Counted from the stretch's first letter, positions 10,354-20,987 are shown. The stretch is 64,000 bases of DNA from Candidatus Nanopelagicales bacterium (GCA_037046735.1 JBAOHC010000027.1:268307-332306), one strand, 5' to 3'. The notes: generated from the letters alone by a model not told the origin. Numbers and translations: made by a program.

Positions 10354-11355
10354 ATGTGCCAAGCGTTATGGATCATGGAGGACCGCATGTCTGACGACCC
10401 GGTGCGCAGTCGCGTCGCCATCCCCCCGCCGATCCCCGGTGAGCCGATGGATCCTCCTCTCAAGGAGGTGGAGCACACCCTGCGCAAGATGGACAACAAG
10501 AGCGAGACCGCCGGCGCGGGCTACCGCGCCTTCCTGCGATTCAGCTATTCAAACGCCTCGCTGCTGGCGGCGGGCACGGCGTACTACGCCTTTCTGGCGC
10601 TGTTCGCCCTGGTGGTGTTCGCCTTCGGCCTCACCACCCTGATCGGCGGCGAGGCTCTGGCTGACACGATCACGGAGAGTCTGAACAAGGCCTTCCCAGG
10701 TTTGATCGGGGATACCGGGGTCTCCCCGCAGACGTTGCAGGACGTGGGCCAGACCACGTCCCTGGTGGGTCTGGTGTCACTGTTGATCACGGGTAGCGGT
10801 GCGATGGTGGCGGCGAGCAACTCGATACACCTGGTCTACGGCGTGGCCAAGGATTCCCGCAATTTCATCGTGGCTCGCATCCGGCTGCTCGCCTGGATGC
10901 TGCTGCTCGTGCCGCTGATGGCGCTGTCCTTCGTCCCGTCCGTGGTCATCTCGAATTTCGCCCAACCCGTCATGGATTTCCTGGGGCTCTCGGGCGGTTT
11001 CTGGACGTGGGTGCTGTTCGCGTTGACGGCAGTCGTGTCGATCCTGTTGAACGCGCTGGTGGTGTGGTTAATGCTGGGTCACCTTGGGGGCGTTAAACCC
11101 GCCCGCCGGCCACGGCTCATCGGCGCCGCCTTCGGCGCTGTAGCCATCGAGATCCTGAAGTACCTGCTGACGTTCATCATTTCGTGGTCGGTGAGCAAAC
11201 CGCAGTACGGCGCCTTTGCCGCCCCTATCGCGATGCTGCTGGTGCTCTGGTTGGAGACCCTGGTCGTCTACATCGCGGCCTGCCTTGCCGCCGGTTTCGC
11301 GGCGTCGCAGGCACCCGTTCACCCGGCGCCGGAGCCTGAACCTATCCCTGCATGA
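10354..11355 (+). CDS. YihY/BrkB family membrane protein
   Basis: Core LRFSYSNASLLAAGTAYYAFLALFALVVF and about 6 TM helices. Start uncertain (10354, 10375 or 10387). Confidence 0.8.
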   Translation: MCQALWIMEDRMSDDPVRSRVAIPPPIPGEPMDPPLKEVEHTLRKMDNKSETAGAGYRAFLRFSYSNASLLAAGTAYYAFLALFALVVFAFGLTTLIGGEALADTITESLNKAFPGLIGDTGVSPQTLQDVGQTTSLVGLVSLLITGSGAMVAASNSIHLVYGVAKDSRNFIVARIRLLAWMLLLVPLMALSFVPSVVISNFAQPVMDFLGLSGGFWTWVLFALTAVVSILLNALVVWLMLGHLGGVKPARRPRLIGAAFGAVAIEILKYLLTFIISWSVSKPQYGAFAAPIAMLLVLWLETLVVYIAACLAAGFAASQAPVHPAPEPEPIPA

Positions 11356-11941
11356 TGCGTTGCCGCGGGCCCATCACGATCACCGGCGAGGCTTGCGGGT
11401 CCAGCCACCGCAGAGTGGCGCGCATTTGCCCGCGAGTGACCGAGATGCACCCACGGGTTGCGGCGGGCCCGGCCACGTGCAGCCAGATTCCGCCGTCGTT
11501 GATGGTCGGATCCGGACGGTGCATGTCCAAAGGTGTCCGCCCAGGGACCCGGTTGAAGTTGACCGCCACCACGTAGTCGAACACCCATTCCCGGCCCGGC
11601 GGGCCCGTGAACCCGCTTCGATCATGGTCGTAGGGCAGCCGCGTGCCTCGAGGTTTCTGCAGGCGTCCGCCGGCATCGGTGAGCCCGAATGTGCCGATGG
11701 GCGAAAGATAGCTGTAGTCCCACGGTTTGCGGTGCCACCCCTTGGCCCCATTACGTCCGGGCATGGCAGCGACCTGCGACCAGCAACCCTCTCGGTACTC
11801 CCAGCGTGAGACGCGATTGTGACTGGAGCGCAGGGATCGACCGCTCACCAGCACGACCTGCTGGTGGCGGTCGGCGTCCACGGCGAACGCCTGTGCTACG
11901 GGCAACTCGCAAGGGGGCACGGGGGGCAGTGTGAACAGCAC
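11342..11941 (-). CDS. L,D-transpeptidase (YkuD) family protein
   Basis: C-terminal GGIWLHVAGPAATRGCISV catalytic His/Cys motif. SPIGTFGL and LPYD segments are typical of this family. GTG start. No obvious signal peptide. Confidence 0.7.
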   Translation of the reverse strand: MLFTLPPVPPCELPVAQAFAVDADRHQQVVLVSGRSLRSSHNRVSRWEYREGCWSQVAAMPGRNGAKGWHRKPWDYSYLSPIGTFGLTDAGGRLQKPRGTRLPYDHDRSGFTGPPGREWVFDYVVAVNFNRVPGRTPLDMHRPDPTINDGGIWLHVAGPAATRGCISVTRGQMRATLRWLDPQASPVIVMGPRQRIMQG

Positions 11942-12290
11942 GCTCCCAGCCTACGCCGGTGGCGGACGGGGAGCGGGTTTCCTTCCGCCGTGGCCATCGG
12001 ACGGAAGATACGGCTGACAACGACATGGCTGACATCTGGAAAACTCCGCACGGGGAGGGCGTGGATGCGGAGTTCTCCAGCTTCTTGGTTAGACAAAACA
12101 CCCGATATCGGGCATTCCACCTGGACTTCGCCGCACGGATCACACAGACACCTTGAATCGTGCGGAGTTATCCAGGCCGTCGATCGATAGACGATCACTC
12201 AGCGCCCCAACCGAAGAGGGACGCACCCTGCAACGGCCAGTCATGCCGCACTCAAGGCTTCATGGAGGTCCCGGCCAGCGGCGTCAGCCA

Positions 12291-12602
12291 TCACCGGCTC
12301 CCAGACGGGAAGTGGACAGCCAACCAGACCGTCGGCCGATCGGTGTGGACCACCCGGTGACGCACGCCCGATGCAATGGTGAGCCATTGCCCCGCCGTCA
12401 ACGCCACCTCACCCCCATCCCCGAGATCAAGCACCGCGTGGCCGCGCAGTACTACCACCCACTCATCGTGATCCTGTTCGAGCCAGTCGGTGGCCTGACC
12501 GTGCGAGACGATCCGTTCGACCACCGCACCGTGCGCCTCATGCAGTTTGTCGAACACCTCGCCAAACGTGTCCACACCCTCGACGTTGAACAGATCACGC
12601 AT
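12291..12602 (-). CDS. cupin domain protein
   Basis: 103 aa. HGQATDWLEQDHDEWVVVLRGHAVL and GVRHRV are cupin motifs. Confidence 0.7.
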   Translation of the reverse strand: MRDLFNVEGVDTFGEVFDKLHEAHGAVVERIVSHGQATDWLEQDHDEWVVVLRGHAVLDLGDGGEVALTAGQWLTIASGVRHRVVHTDRPTVWLAVHFPSGSR

Positions 12603-12657
12603 ACGTCATTGTCCTCATAACGCGAAACCGGCCACGGCTGGCTGCTACACAACCTGC

Positions 12658-13407
12658 ATGATCGAGAACTTCGAAGTCATCACCATCAATGAGTTCATCG
12701 GCACGGCCATCCTTGTGCTCATCGGGTGTGGCATCGGCGCGCTGGGGTCGCTGCCCAAGAGCCTCGGCTTCGGAGCAGGCAACTGGATGCTTACCGCCTT
12801 CGGCTGGGGCATGGCCGTGTTCGTCGGCGCCAGCGTCGCCTGGGAGTCCGGCGCGCACCTCAACCCGGCGGTGACTGTCGCCCTCGCCATGACGGACAAC
12901 ACGGACTGGGGCTTGGTGCCCTACTACTTCCTGGGCGAGTTCGCAGGGGCGATAGTCGGCGGCCTGCTGGTCTACATCATGTACAAGAAGCAGTTCGACG
13001 ACCACGACGAACTGCACACGACAGGCAGCATCTTTTACACCAAACCCGGAGTACGCTCGCTGTTCTGGAACACCGTCTCGGAGGCGATCGCCTCCTTCGT
13101 CCTCGTCTACTGGATCATCCAACAGGCACCATGGCAGCCGTCTATTGAAGGTGCGGCACCGAACCTGGGCAACATCGGTCTCGGCTACGCCGGCGTCGCC
13201 TTCGCGGTCGTGGCGATCGGTGCGGGTTTGGGTGGGGCCACCGGCTACGCGATAAACCCGGCACGGGACCTGGGTCCCCGGATCGCCTACGCCCTACTCC
13301 CCCTGCACGGCAAGGAGAAGATCGACTGGGGATACGCCTGGGTGCCGGTCATCGGGCCACTCATTGGCGGGGCGGCAGCGGCCCTTGTTTACATCGTGAA
13401 CTACTGA
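12658..13407 (+). CDS. glpF: MIP family channel (glycerol uptake facilitator/aquaporin)
   Basis: Two NPA boxes (HLNPAVT, AINPARDLGPR) and 6 TM. I chose ATG 12658 because the longer track ORF overlaps the divergent cupin gene. Confidence 0.9.
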   Translation: MIENFEVITINEFIGTAILVLIGCGIGALGSLPKSLGFGAGNWMLTAFGWGMAVFVGASVAWESGAHLNPAVTVALAMTDNTDWGLVPYYFLGEFAGAIVGGLLVYIMYKKQFDDHDELHTTGSIFYTKPGVRSLFWNTVSEAIASFVLVYWIIQQAPWQPSIEGAAPNLGNIGLGYAGVAFAVVAIGAGLGGATGYAINPARDLGPRIAYALLPLHGKEKIDWGYAWVPVIGPLIGGAAAALVYIVNY

Positions 13408-13490
13408 CGGGGCTGACCAAACCCTGCTCTGGTGAAGCCCGGGCAAACTCAGAATGAACGTCGAGTGATCAATTCAGGTAGGGTCACCAC

Positions 13491-15149
13491 GTGATTCTTC
13501 TTGCCACCGCCATCGTTGTCGGCACCTTGATCGCGATGGCGTCGGGCAAGATTTCCCCCGTGTTGGCGTTAGCCAGCGGTTTGTCCATCGCCGCTGTCAC
13601 CGGCATCACCACACCCGCTGCGTTATTCGCCGGCCTGAGCAACGGTGGTGTCATCACGGTCGCGGCCATGCTTGTGATTGCCAAGGGTGTGATCCACACG
13701 GGAGTGGTGTCGCGGGTCACCTGGCGCCTGCTGTCCACGGTGACCACCGCCTCGCAGACGCTGCGACGGTTGATCGTGCCGGTCGGTGTCGCCTCGGCGC
13801 TCATCAACACAACACCGATCGTGGCCATGCTCATCCCCGCTGTGAAGGAACTGCAGCAGACGCGCGGGATTCCCGCCCGCCAGGTTCTGCTGCCCGTGGC
13901 ACACGCCACCACTCTCGCCGGAAGTGTCACGCTGGTCGGCACCAGCTCGAACCTGCTGATCGCTGGCATCGCGAGTTCCTCCGGGGTCAACGTCTCGATG
14001 TTCTCCTTCGCGATCATCGCCCTCCCCGTGGCCTTGGTCGGCTGGGCCTGGCTTCTGATCGCCTCACCGCGCGCGTTCACGGCCGCCGAAGACGAGGCCG
14101 AGCCGGAGATGGATTGGCGGGTGGAGTTGCCCGTGGCCCCGAAAGCGATCGGGATCGGGCGGCTGGCGCAGGACCTGGGGATCGCCAGCACGCAGCAGTA
14201 CCGATTGGTGTCCATCCAACGTGGCGGCAAGACGCTGGATCCCGGGGAAGTCCTCGAGTCTGGCGACCGACTGATTTTCGAGGCCACAGAGGAAGGCGTG
14301 GCAGCTCTGTGGTCGAGCCCCCGCTTCGGCCTGTCCGAACAGCGCTTGTATGCAGCCTCGATCGCACCGGGCGAGGTCGGCACACTGGCCGACCTTGAGG
14401 ACCACGGCGATGTCGAGGTCATCGCTGCCCGCACCAGCATCCCCGTCCACGAGGCGATCGGACAGGCGGGCGAGACGGTCTACCTGACCACCCAGAGCCC
14501 CGATACTTTGCAGGAGCATTCGGACATCGGCCTGTGGCAAAGCGCCACCAGCAAGGCCCCCCAACCCAAGAAGACGGGCTGGGCGCTGGCCATCCTGCTC
14601 GGAGTCATCATCGCGGCCAGTTTCGGCCTGGCGCCCGTGGAGGTGGCAGCATTCACTGGTGCCACTCTGATGGTCCTCACCGGCGTTCTGTCGCCGCGGG
14701 CCGCCGCCCGCGCCCTGGACTGGAACGTTCTCTTCATCCTGGCGGGCTCTGTGGGGCTCGGGGCCATCGTCGTCGACAGCGGACTGGCCGACATCATGGC
14801 CGACACGATCACCACGATCTCTTCTGGCAGCCTCATCGCCGTGGTCGTCACCATGACCGTCGCCACGGCGCTGCTGACCAACATCACCACCAACGCTGCC
14901 GCCGCCTCGATCCTGACCCCGGTGGGCCTGACGTTGGCCGCGACCTTGGGCTTCGATCCGGTGATCATGCTGGCTCTGATCGGAACCTGCATCTCATTCA
15001 CGTTCATCAACCCGTTCTCCCATCAGTCGAACCTGATGGTCATGCAGCCGGGCCGCTACCGGATGGCCTCCTTCGTGAAGTTCGGGATCCCACTGGTTCT
15101 CATCTGCATGATCGCGGTGATCGGCGTGGCCTTCCTCGTGCTCTCCTAA
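13491..15149 (+). CDS. SLC13/DASS family permease with central TrkA-C-like domains
   Basis: 552 aa. N- and C-terminal polytopic halves flank soluble repeats (LVSIQRGGKTLDPGEVLESGDRLIFEAT, EVIAARTSIPVHEAIGQAGETVYL). Confidence 0.8.
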   Translation: MILLATAIVVGTLIAMASGKISPVLALASGLSIAAVTGITTPAALFAGLSNGGVITVAAMLVIAKGVIHTGVVSRVTWRLLSTVTTASQTLRRLIVPVGVASALINTTPIVAMLIPAVKELQQTRGIPARQVLLPVAHATTLAGSVTLVGTSSNLLIAGIASSSGVNVSMFSFAIIALPVALVGWAWLLIASPRAFTAAEDEAEPEMDWRVELPVAPKAIGIGRLAQDLGIASTQQYRLVSIQRGGKTLDPGEVLESGDRLIFEATEEGVAALWSSPRFGLSEQRLYAASIAPGEVGTLADLEDHGDVEVIAARTSIPVHEAIGQAGETVYLTTQSPDTLQEHSDIGLWQSATSKAPQPKKTGWALAILLGVIIAASFGLAPVEVAAFTGATLMVLTGVLSPRAAARALDWNVLFILAGSVGLGAIVVDSGLADIMADTITTISSGSLIAVVVTMTVATALLTNITTNAAAASILTPVGLTLAATLGFDPVIMLALIGTCISFTFINPFSHQSNLMVMQPGRYRMASFVKFGIPLVLICMIAVIGVAFLVLS

Positions 15150-15303
15150 TGGGCTTGGGGTCGCGAGACGCGGCTCCCCGGTCGGTCCTGCCTGAGGCCT
15201 GACCCGCCCGGCGTTCGTCTCGCGCCCACCGTTCGGCGTGTCCCCGCCGAAACAGACGAACCGCTGTACCTGGGACGAACGGATGAGGAAAGGCCCTGGT
15301 GGA

Positions 15304-16179
15304 CTATTCCCTTGCCCTGATGTGCAGCGCCGCATGCCGGGTCGTACCGGTGCTTAACAACAACGACCACTCCCCGGCGCCTCGATCGATGAACAAAGTG
15401 GTCTTGGCCGGCAGGAACACGGGCTTGAAGAAGCCAGCGACCACGGTGTACCGCTCGGGAAGCTCTGACTCGACCTCCGACAGGCACCGTGCGAGGCTCC
15501 ACATGCCGTGGGCGATGGCGGTGCGGAATCCGAACACCCGCGCGGCCAGGCCATGCAGGTGGATGGGATTGCGATCCTGCGACACGGCGGCATAACGGCG
15601 CCCGATGTCGCCCGGGACGTCAATGGCGATCTGCTCGGCATCAGCCGATGGCGCGGGCCATTCCCGTTGCGGGTCGGCCTCACCGGCATCCGCGAGCCGA
15701 CTCCCCCGGCTCAGGTATGTGCTCACCTCCCGCCACACGACCACGTCATCGCGCGTGGCAGTGGTGATGGCGTCGAACTGGGCCCCCTTGCGGTGGGTCC
15801 GCGGGTTGGCCAACTCGACGGTGATGTCGTACTCATCGGTGGTCTCGAGATGAGCCAGGACCTCGATGGTGTTCGCGATGTGCACCATTCCCAGCGCTGA
15901 CATGGGGAAGTCCCGCGCCGTCATCAACTGCAGTGCCAGCGGGAATCCTGGTATGTGCAGCATCGCTGGGGGCAGGCCAGGACCGTCCCCGCACACCCGC
16001 CGGTAGTCCCGGATTCGCTGTTCGGAGAAGTCCACGCCTTCCAAGCTCAGCGACCGCCGCGGCAGTCGGTCCCCGCCGCCCCAGAGGAATCCGGGCAATG
16101 CCGCACCCGCGAGAGCCCGGGCATACAACTGCGGGGTCCACGGAGATCGCTGCAGGGTTTGACTCATGGCGGTATTCAA
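15304..16179 (-). CDS. MaoC-like (double hot-dog) dehydratase
   Basis: 291 aa. YAAVSQDRNPIHLHGLAARVFGFRTAIAHGMW hydratase motif in the C-terminal half. Confidence 0.75.
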   Translation of the reverse strand: MNTAMSQTLQRSPWTPQLYARALAGAALPGFLWGGGDRLPRRSLSLEGVDFSEQRIRDYRRVCGDGPGLPPAMLHIPGFPLALQLMTARDFPMSALGMVHIANTIEVLAHLETTDEYDITVELANPRTHRKGAQFDAITTATRDDVVVWREVSTYLSRGSRLADAGEADPQREWPAPSADAEQIAIDVPGDIGRRYAAVSQDRNPIHLHGLAARVFGFRTAIAHGMWSLARCLSEVESELPERYTVVAGFFKPVFLPAKTTLFIDRGAGEWSLLLSTGTTRHAALHIRARE

Positions 16180-16227
16180 TCGCGCGACACGGCCATCGCG
16201 CTTGCGTGCGGAGTAGATTCACCACTT

Positions 16228-16854
16228 GTGCAGAAGGCCGACAAGGACGCCACGCTCCAGGTGGCGATCGTGGTCCTGGCCATAGCCACGATCCAGATGC
16301 TGCTACCGGATGCCGTCACGATCGGCGCGCAGTGGTTGATCCCAGCCATCGAGGTGATCGGGGTGCCGATGGCGCTGCTGATCCTGCGGGCCACCGACGC
16401 CAGAACACGCACCATACGCCGGGCCATGACCGGCTACCTCTTCCTACTGATCTGCGCCAGCGTGCTCAACGCGGGGCTGCTGCTCTGGTCGATGCTCTAC
16501 GACAACAACGAGAACGGGCCGGAACTGCTCTTCGCCGGCTTCGGAGTACTGGCCATCAACGTGCTGAGTTTCGGGATCGTCTACTGGTGGGTCGACGGTG
16601 GGGGGCCGCGACAGCGAGACAAGGGCAAGGTCACATCCTGGGATTTCCAGTTCCCGCAGCAGGCCGCTGGGATGAAATGGACGCCGATGTTGCCCGACTA
16701 CATGTTCACCGCGTACACCAACATCATCGCGTTCTCTCCCACCGACACCATGCCGCTGAGCCACCGGGCGAAATTCCTGTTCACCGTTCAGTCGACCGTT
16801 TCCCTGCTCACCATCCTGGTGACGGTCAGCCGGGCGATCAATATGATCAACTAG
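16228..16854 (+). CDS. DUF1345 family membrane protein
   Basis: C-terminal YMFTAYTNIIAFSPTDTMPLSHRAKFLFTVQS is typical of DUF1345. I placed the start at the first in-frame GTG after the convergent MaoC gene (uncertain). Confidence 0.6.
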   Translation: MQKADKDATLQVAIVVLAIATIQMLLPDAVTIGAQWLIPAIEVIGVPMALLILRATDARTRTIRRAMTGYLFLLICASVLNAGLLLWSMLYDNNENGPELLFAGFGVLAINVLSFGIVYWWVDGGGPRQRDKGKVTSWDFQFPQQAAGMKWTPMLPDYMFTAYTNIIAFSPTDTMPLSHRAKFLFTVQSTVSLLTILVTVSRAINMIN

Positions 16855-17614
16855 CCTCGGACACGGGCAGGCACTGCGGACGTTTGGCGGTGATCCCGTC
16901 TCCGGACCTGCGGCCTCTGGCTTTGCGAACGATCCAAGGGGCGAAGTGGCGCCCGAACCACGTGACGTCGTCGGACACGCGCGCCCACGGCGCTTGTGCT
17001 GCGATGGTCGGCAGTGGTTGCTGCCACTCGGTCACCGGCATCCCCAGCGCATCGAGCACCGCCATCGACACCCGTTCATGGCCCAACGGATTGAGGTGCA
17101 GACGATCATCTGACCAGAACCTGGGGTCATCGAAGACGGTCGCATCCCAGAAGTCGACCACGGTGGCCCCGTGCGCAGCCGCGACGTCATAGGTGACCTC
17201 CCGGTACTCCCGCAGGCGGCCTTCGACCACGGCCATCAGCCGCGAACGCCGGGAGGGCCGGCCGTAGGTGACGATGACCAGCTGCGCGCCGGTTGCGGCC
17301 AGGTCAGCCATCCCGGTCTGCAGGTTCTGCGCCATGGTGACCAGATCCCAGTCCCGGCGCAGCGCGTCGTTGATACCGCCGGCGAAGCTCACCAGATCCG
17401 GGCGCAGCGCGACGGCAGCCGGGACCTGCTCGGCGACGATCTCCGGCACGGTCCGTCCGCGCACCGCCAGATTCGCGTACGTGAAGCCCGGATCGTGCAC
17501 GGCCAGCCGCTCTGCCACGCGATCCGCCCAGCCCCGGTCCCGGCCATCGACTCCTGGGTCGCCGAGGCCCTCGGTGAAGGAATCCCCGATGGCGACGTAT
17601 CTCCTGCCCGTCAT
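16847..17614 (-). CDS. SGNH/GDSL hydrolase family protein
   Basis: Block I YVAIGDSFTEGLGD, block III GGINDA, C-terminal DRLHLNPLGH. Start taken at ATG 17614 (MTGRRYVAIGDS). Confidence 0.8.
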   Translation of the reverse strand: MTGRRYVAIGDSFTEGLGDPGVDGRDRGWADRVAERLAVHDPGFTYANLAVRGRTVPEIVAEQVPAAVALRPDLVSFAGGINDALRRDWDLVTMAQNLQTGMADLAATGAQLVIVTYGRPSRRSRLMAVVEGRLREYREVTYDVAAAHGATVVDFWDATVFDDPRFWSDDRLHLNPLGHERVSMAVLDALGMPVTEWQQPLPTIAAQAPWARVSDDVTWFGRHFAPWIVRKARGRRSGDGITAKRPQCLPVSEAS

Positions 17615-17769
17615 GTCGCTCACCTCCGCCACACAGGGTAAAGGATCCCCCGGGTGGACCTCTCTGCACAGGGCGACTCCGGCAGTGGCTGGACGCTGTC
17701 GTAGGCCGGGAGTAGCGTCGAAACTGAGCGCCGCTTCGGCACTCATGGGAGGGAAACGGGGTTCGTATC

Positions 17770-18504
17770 ATGATGCGAAAATCCACAGCGGTCTGCGCCG
17801 CACTGGCCACAGCAGCCTCCGGGCTACTGATCGCCTCTGCCAGTCCGGCATCCGCGGCCTCGACGTACTACGCCTGCGTGAAGAAGAGCGACGGGCAGAC
17901 GACGATGGTCAAGAAGAAGACAAAGTGCAAGAAGGGGTGGAAGAAGGTCTCCTGGTCGAAGAACGGTCCCACGGGTCCCACGGGTCCGGCGGGGGCGAAC
18001 GGTCCAGCAGGTCCTGTGCTCAGCGTGAAGGATGGTGCCGGCGCGGTCGTCGGCCTGTTCATGGGGACGTGGAGCGGCCTCGTGCCGGGATTCACCGTGC
18101 TGGCCGACGGCGGCCTGTGGAACTACGGCAGCGACGGGCCTTGCAGGGCGACAGTTCGCCCGCCTTCACGGACGCCACCTGCGCGACGCCGGTCATCTTT
18201 GTGCGTTCGTATCCGCCGAATCCGGCAGAGACCGCCCGGACAGTGGCGCGCTTCGTCCCCAACAGCCTGGGGCGTCTGGTGTACCGGTCGACAACCCCGG
18301 GGGCCGCGGCGAGGGCGTGGAAGGTGTCGGGCCAGAACTCGGCAGCCGTCCTCGGCGGGATCATTGTTCGTCCTCGACTCGGCGGGCAACTGCGTGTTCG
18401 AGTCGACGGTGGACGCCGATGATGTCGCCGCGGCGGCCACACTGGTCGGACTCACCGAAGTACCGGCACCGCCGAATCATCCGGCACCGCTGACAGTGGG
18501 ATGA
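17770..18504 (+). pseudogene. secreted collagen-like-repeat protein, paralog A (two frame changes near 18133-18150 and 18352-18365)
   Basis: Signal peptide, then YYACVKKSDGQTTMVKKKTKCKKGWKKVSW and GPTGPTGPAGANGPAGP. The middle segment is readable only in another frame (SSPAFTDATCATPVIFV...AAVLGG). The tail returns to the first frame (FVLDSAGNCVFES...APPNHPAPLTVG). Homologous to paralog B throughout. Confidence 0.6.
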
Positions 18505-18514
18505 GGTCGCGATC

Positions 18515-19223
18515 ATGTCCGTGAAGAAGATCCTCGCGGCCACGACAGTCTCGGCCTGCTTGGCGGCGGGGCTGCTCACCACGACCGCTGTCGCTGCTCC
18601 AAGACGCAGAATCACACTGCTGGCTGCGTGAACAAGAAGACCAACGAGTTGCGCGTGCTGTTGAAGTCCAGCCAAGAAGTGCAAGAAGGGCTGGCAGAAG
18701 ATCACGTTCAACCAGCCCGGTCCCGCCGGTGCCCCGGGTGCGGCCGGTGCTGCCGGTCCGGTGTCGGTGGTGTCCGTCAAGGATGCCACCGGCGCGGTGA
18801 TCGGTCAGTCGCTCAACAGCGTGAGCACATGGCTGTCAGGTTCCGCGCTTGTGTACACCGATGGCGGCGCGTACACCTACAACCTGGGATCGGGGAAGGT
18901 GGTATCGGAGGATTGGGACTCGGTGGCGTATCTCGATGGCTCCTGCTCCCCCACCAACGCGGCGGTGCCGGTCTACAACACCGCCCGGTACCTGGCCGCG
19001 CTGACGTCCTTCGGCCGCATGGTCGACCGCCCCAACACCGACCTGCCGACGCGGGCGTTCAAGGGCACGACGACCGTCCGGGCGGTACTGCCCGGCGAAA
19101 CGTTCTGGTTCCACGACGCACCGGGGCGTGCACAGGGTACTCACATGTGGAACGACACCCATCGCGATGCTGACACCCGTGGCCGCCCCACCGGACCGTC
19201 CTGGCCCGCTGAGTTTCGGCTGA
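18515..19223 (+). pseudogene. secreted collagen-like-repeat protein, paralog B (about four frame changes)
   Basis: Signal peptide MSVKKILAATTVSACLAAGLLTTTAVAA. GCVNKKTNELRVLLKSS lies in another frame. KCKKGWQKITFNQPGPAGAPGAAGAAGP and the body lie in the ORF 18761 frame. The C-terminus ACTGYSHVE then LTPVAAPPDRPGPLSFG lies in two further frames, ending at TGA 19221-19223. Confidence 0.5.
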
Positions 19224-19269
19224 CGACGTCACCGCTGGGCCGGGAGTTGCCCTCGGCTCAGCGGTGGAC

Positions 19270-20899
19270 TCAGCTCACGGTGACGCGCACGCTGGTGCGC
19301 TTACCCTTGGACACGACGTAGGCCTTGATCCCCTTGGGCCGGTTGGCATTCCAGCGGGCGTAATCGACCACCAGTTTGCCCTTGCCCGGGATGTTCGCCG
19401 ACAGTTCCGCGTTCAGGGTCAACCCGCTGGCATCCTGGAAGATCGCTGCAGAACGCGCTGCAGTGGCCTTCTTCGTCGGGGTGAACAGGACCACCCGCTT
19501 GTCCTTCTCGTCGAAGCGGCCCAGCACCAGCCCGTTGCTGCCTGCCTGGGTCTTCCCCACGACCTGCACGGCACTGCCCGGACCCTCATCGACGAAGACC
19601 AGCGCTCCCAGCCGGCGCTGATTGCCGCTGGCGCCGTACACCACGACACCCAGTTCCGGGACCAAGCCCAGCGCGGCCACACCGCGGCGCGGCACGGTCG
19701 CTCCCTGCGTGCCGATCGTGAACTGGCCGGTCGTGGCCAGCAGGCTCGTCTTCACCGAGGCGTTGTTGCGACGGTTGTTCACCGTGACGATGAAGTCCTG
19801 CTTGCGAGGCACCGTGTAGGTGGGGAACTCCCACTTCGCCCCCGGGCGCCACGGGTTGGTCGGCGGATTGACCACGACCCCCTTGATCTTCTTTCCGTCC
19901 AGATCGGTGATGCGGGTCTTGATGGGGACCTGGCTGCGGACCGGAGACAACTGCACGGTCGTGTTGTTGGACGCCACACAGAACGGGCAACTCTGGGTCG
20001 CCGCGATCACATCGCTGGGAACCAGGCCGATGATCTTGTCGGCGATCTCCGGCTTCTCCGTCGGGGGTCGTCATCACCAGATACTCATACGTGTTCTTCG
20101 TGGTGTCGATGCGCAGGGCACGAGCAGCATCGGGGTAGTTGTTGTCGTAGACCGCGACGTCGTACTGGCCGTTGCCTTTGTCGTAGAGCGCGTAGGGCGT
20201 GATGGCGTGGCCGCCGCCGCCCCAGAAGATGAACAGCGTGAAGGGCATGCTGCCCGGCGTCAGGGCGGCGCGCAACGTGCTCACGATCGTGCGCGGGGAC
20301 ATCTTGTATTTCATGACGTCGAAGGTGTACTGCGACGCCATGTTGCGCGCGATCTCCTTGGAGATGGGATCGCGCAACCGCAGATCATAGGTCTGTAGCG
20401 CGCCTGGCTGGAACTGCCCCGGTGTCAGAAGGTTGTTGAATAGGTCGGCGGCGGTGGCCGCGAAGCCGAAGCAGTGACCGCCGGACATCGCCGCATTGGT
20501 CGCCTGCATCCACTGCCGTCCGGCCAATGTCAATGTGCACGGCCCGGTGTCGCTCTTCTCCAGGCACACTCGCTTGCCCATCAGGTCGCGCATGACCTCG
20601 GCGTCGAGATTCTTGGGTCCGTCCAATGGGGTGCCGAACATCTGGTTGTTGAAACTGTCGGGAACGCCTGTGTTGAAGAAACTGAAGCCGTTCGGGTGGG
20701 CTCGGAAGCCGGAGTCGGCCACGAGCGTCCCCTGCGGCGACCAGTCCGGTTGTGTGCGGTAGTCGTTGACGTAGGCACGCCAGACGGACGGGTCAGCCCC
20801 CGGCGGCTGATTGTTGCCGATGTCAGCGCTGGCGCTGGCCATCCCCGTCAGACAAATCGCGGTGGCACAGACCGCGGTGATGAGCGCACGTTTCCTCAT
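19270..20899 (-). CDS. secreted protein with putative papain-fold Cys/His/Asn peptidase domain and C-terminal beta-rich domains; frame change near 20058-20068
   Basis: Signal peptide MRKRALITAVCATAICLTGMASASA. SGGHCFGFAATA (Cys), GGGGHAITPYALYD (His), VAVYDNNYPD (Asn). ORF 19586..20899 reads sensibly up to YEYLVMTTPDGE, then continues as KPEIADKIIGLVPSDVIAATQSCPFC in ORF 19270..20010. Confidence 0.55.
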
Positions 20900-20987
20900 G
20901 CGGACCAGTATTGCCCGACAGCCCGCACCGTGGCCTGCCCTGGGAGCACGGATGCGCGGGTACCAGTGGTGGTGTTGACTCGGGGGC

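Noticed and set aside
12095-12125. Lower-GC patch with the palindrome CCCGATATCGGG in the gap between the L,D-transpeptidase and cupin genes.
   Set aside because: It is a single 12-bp palindrome containing an EcoRV-like core, with no clear promoter or gene association. That is insufficient to call a regulatory site.
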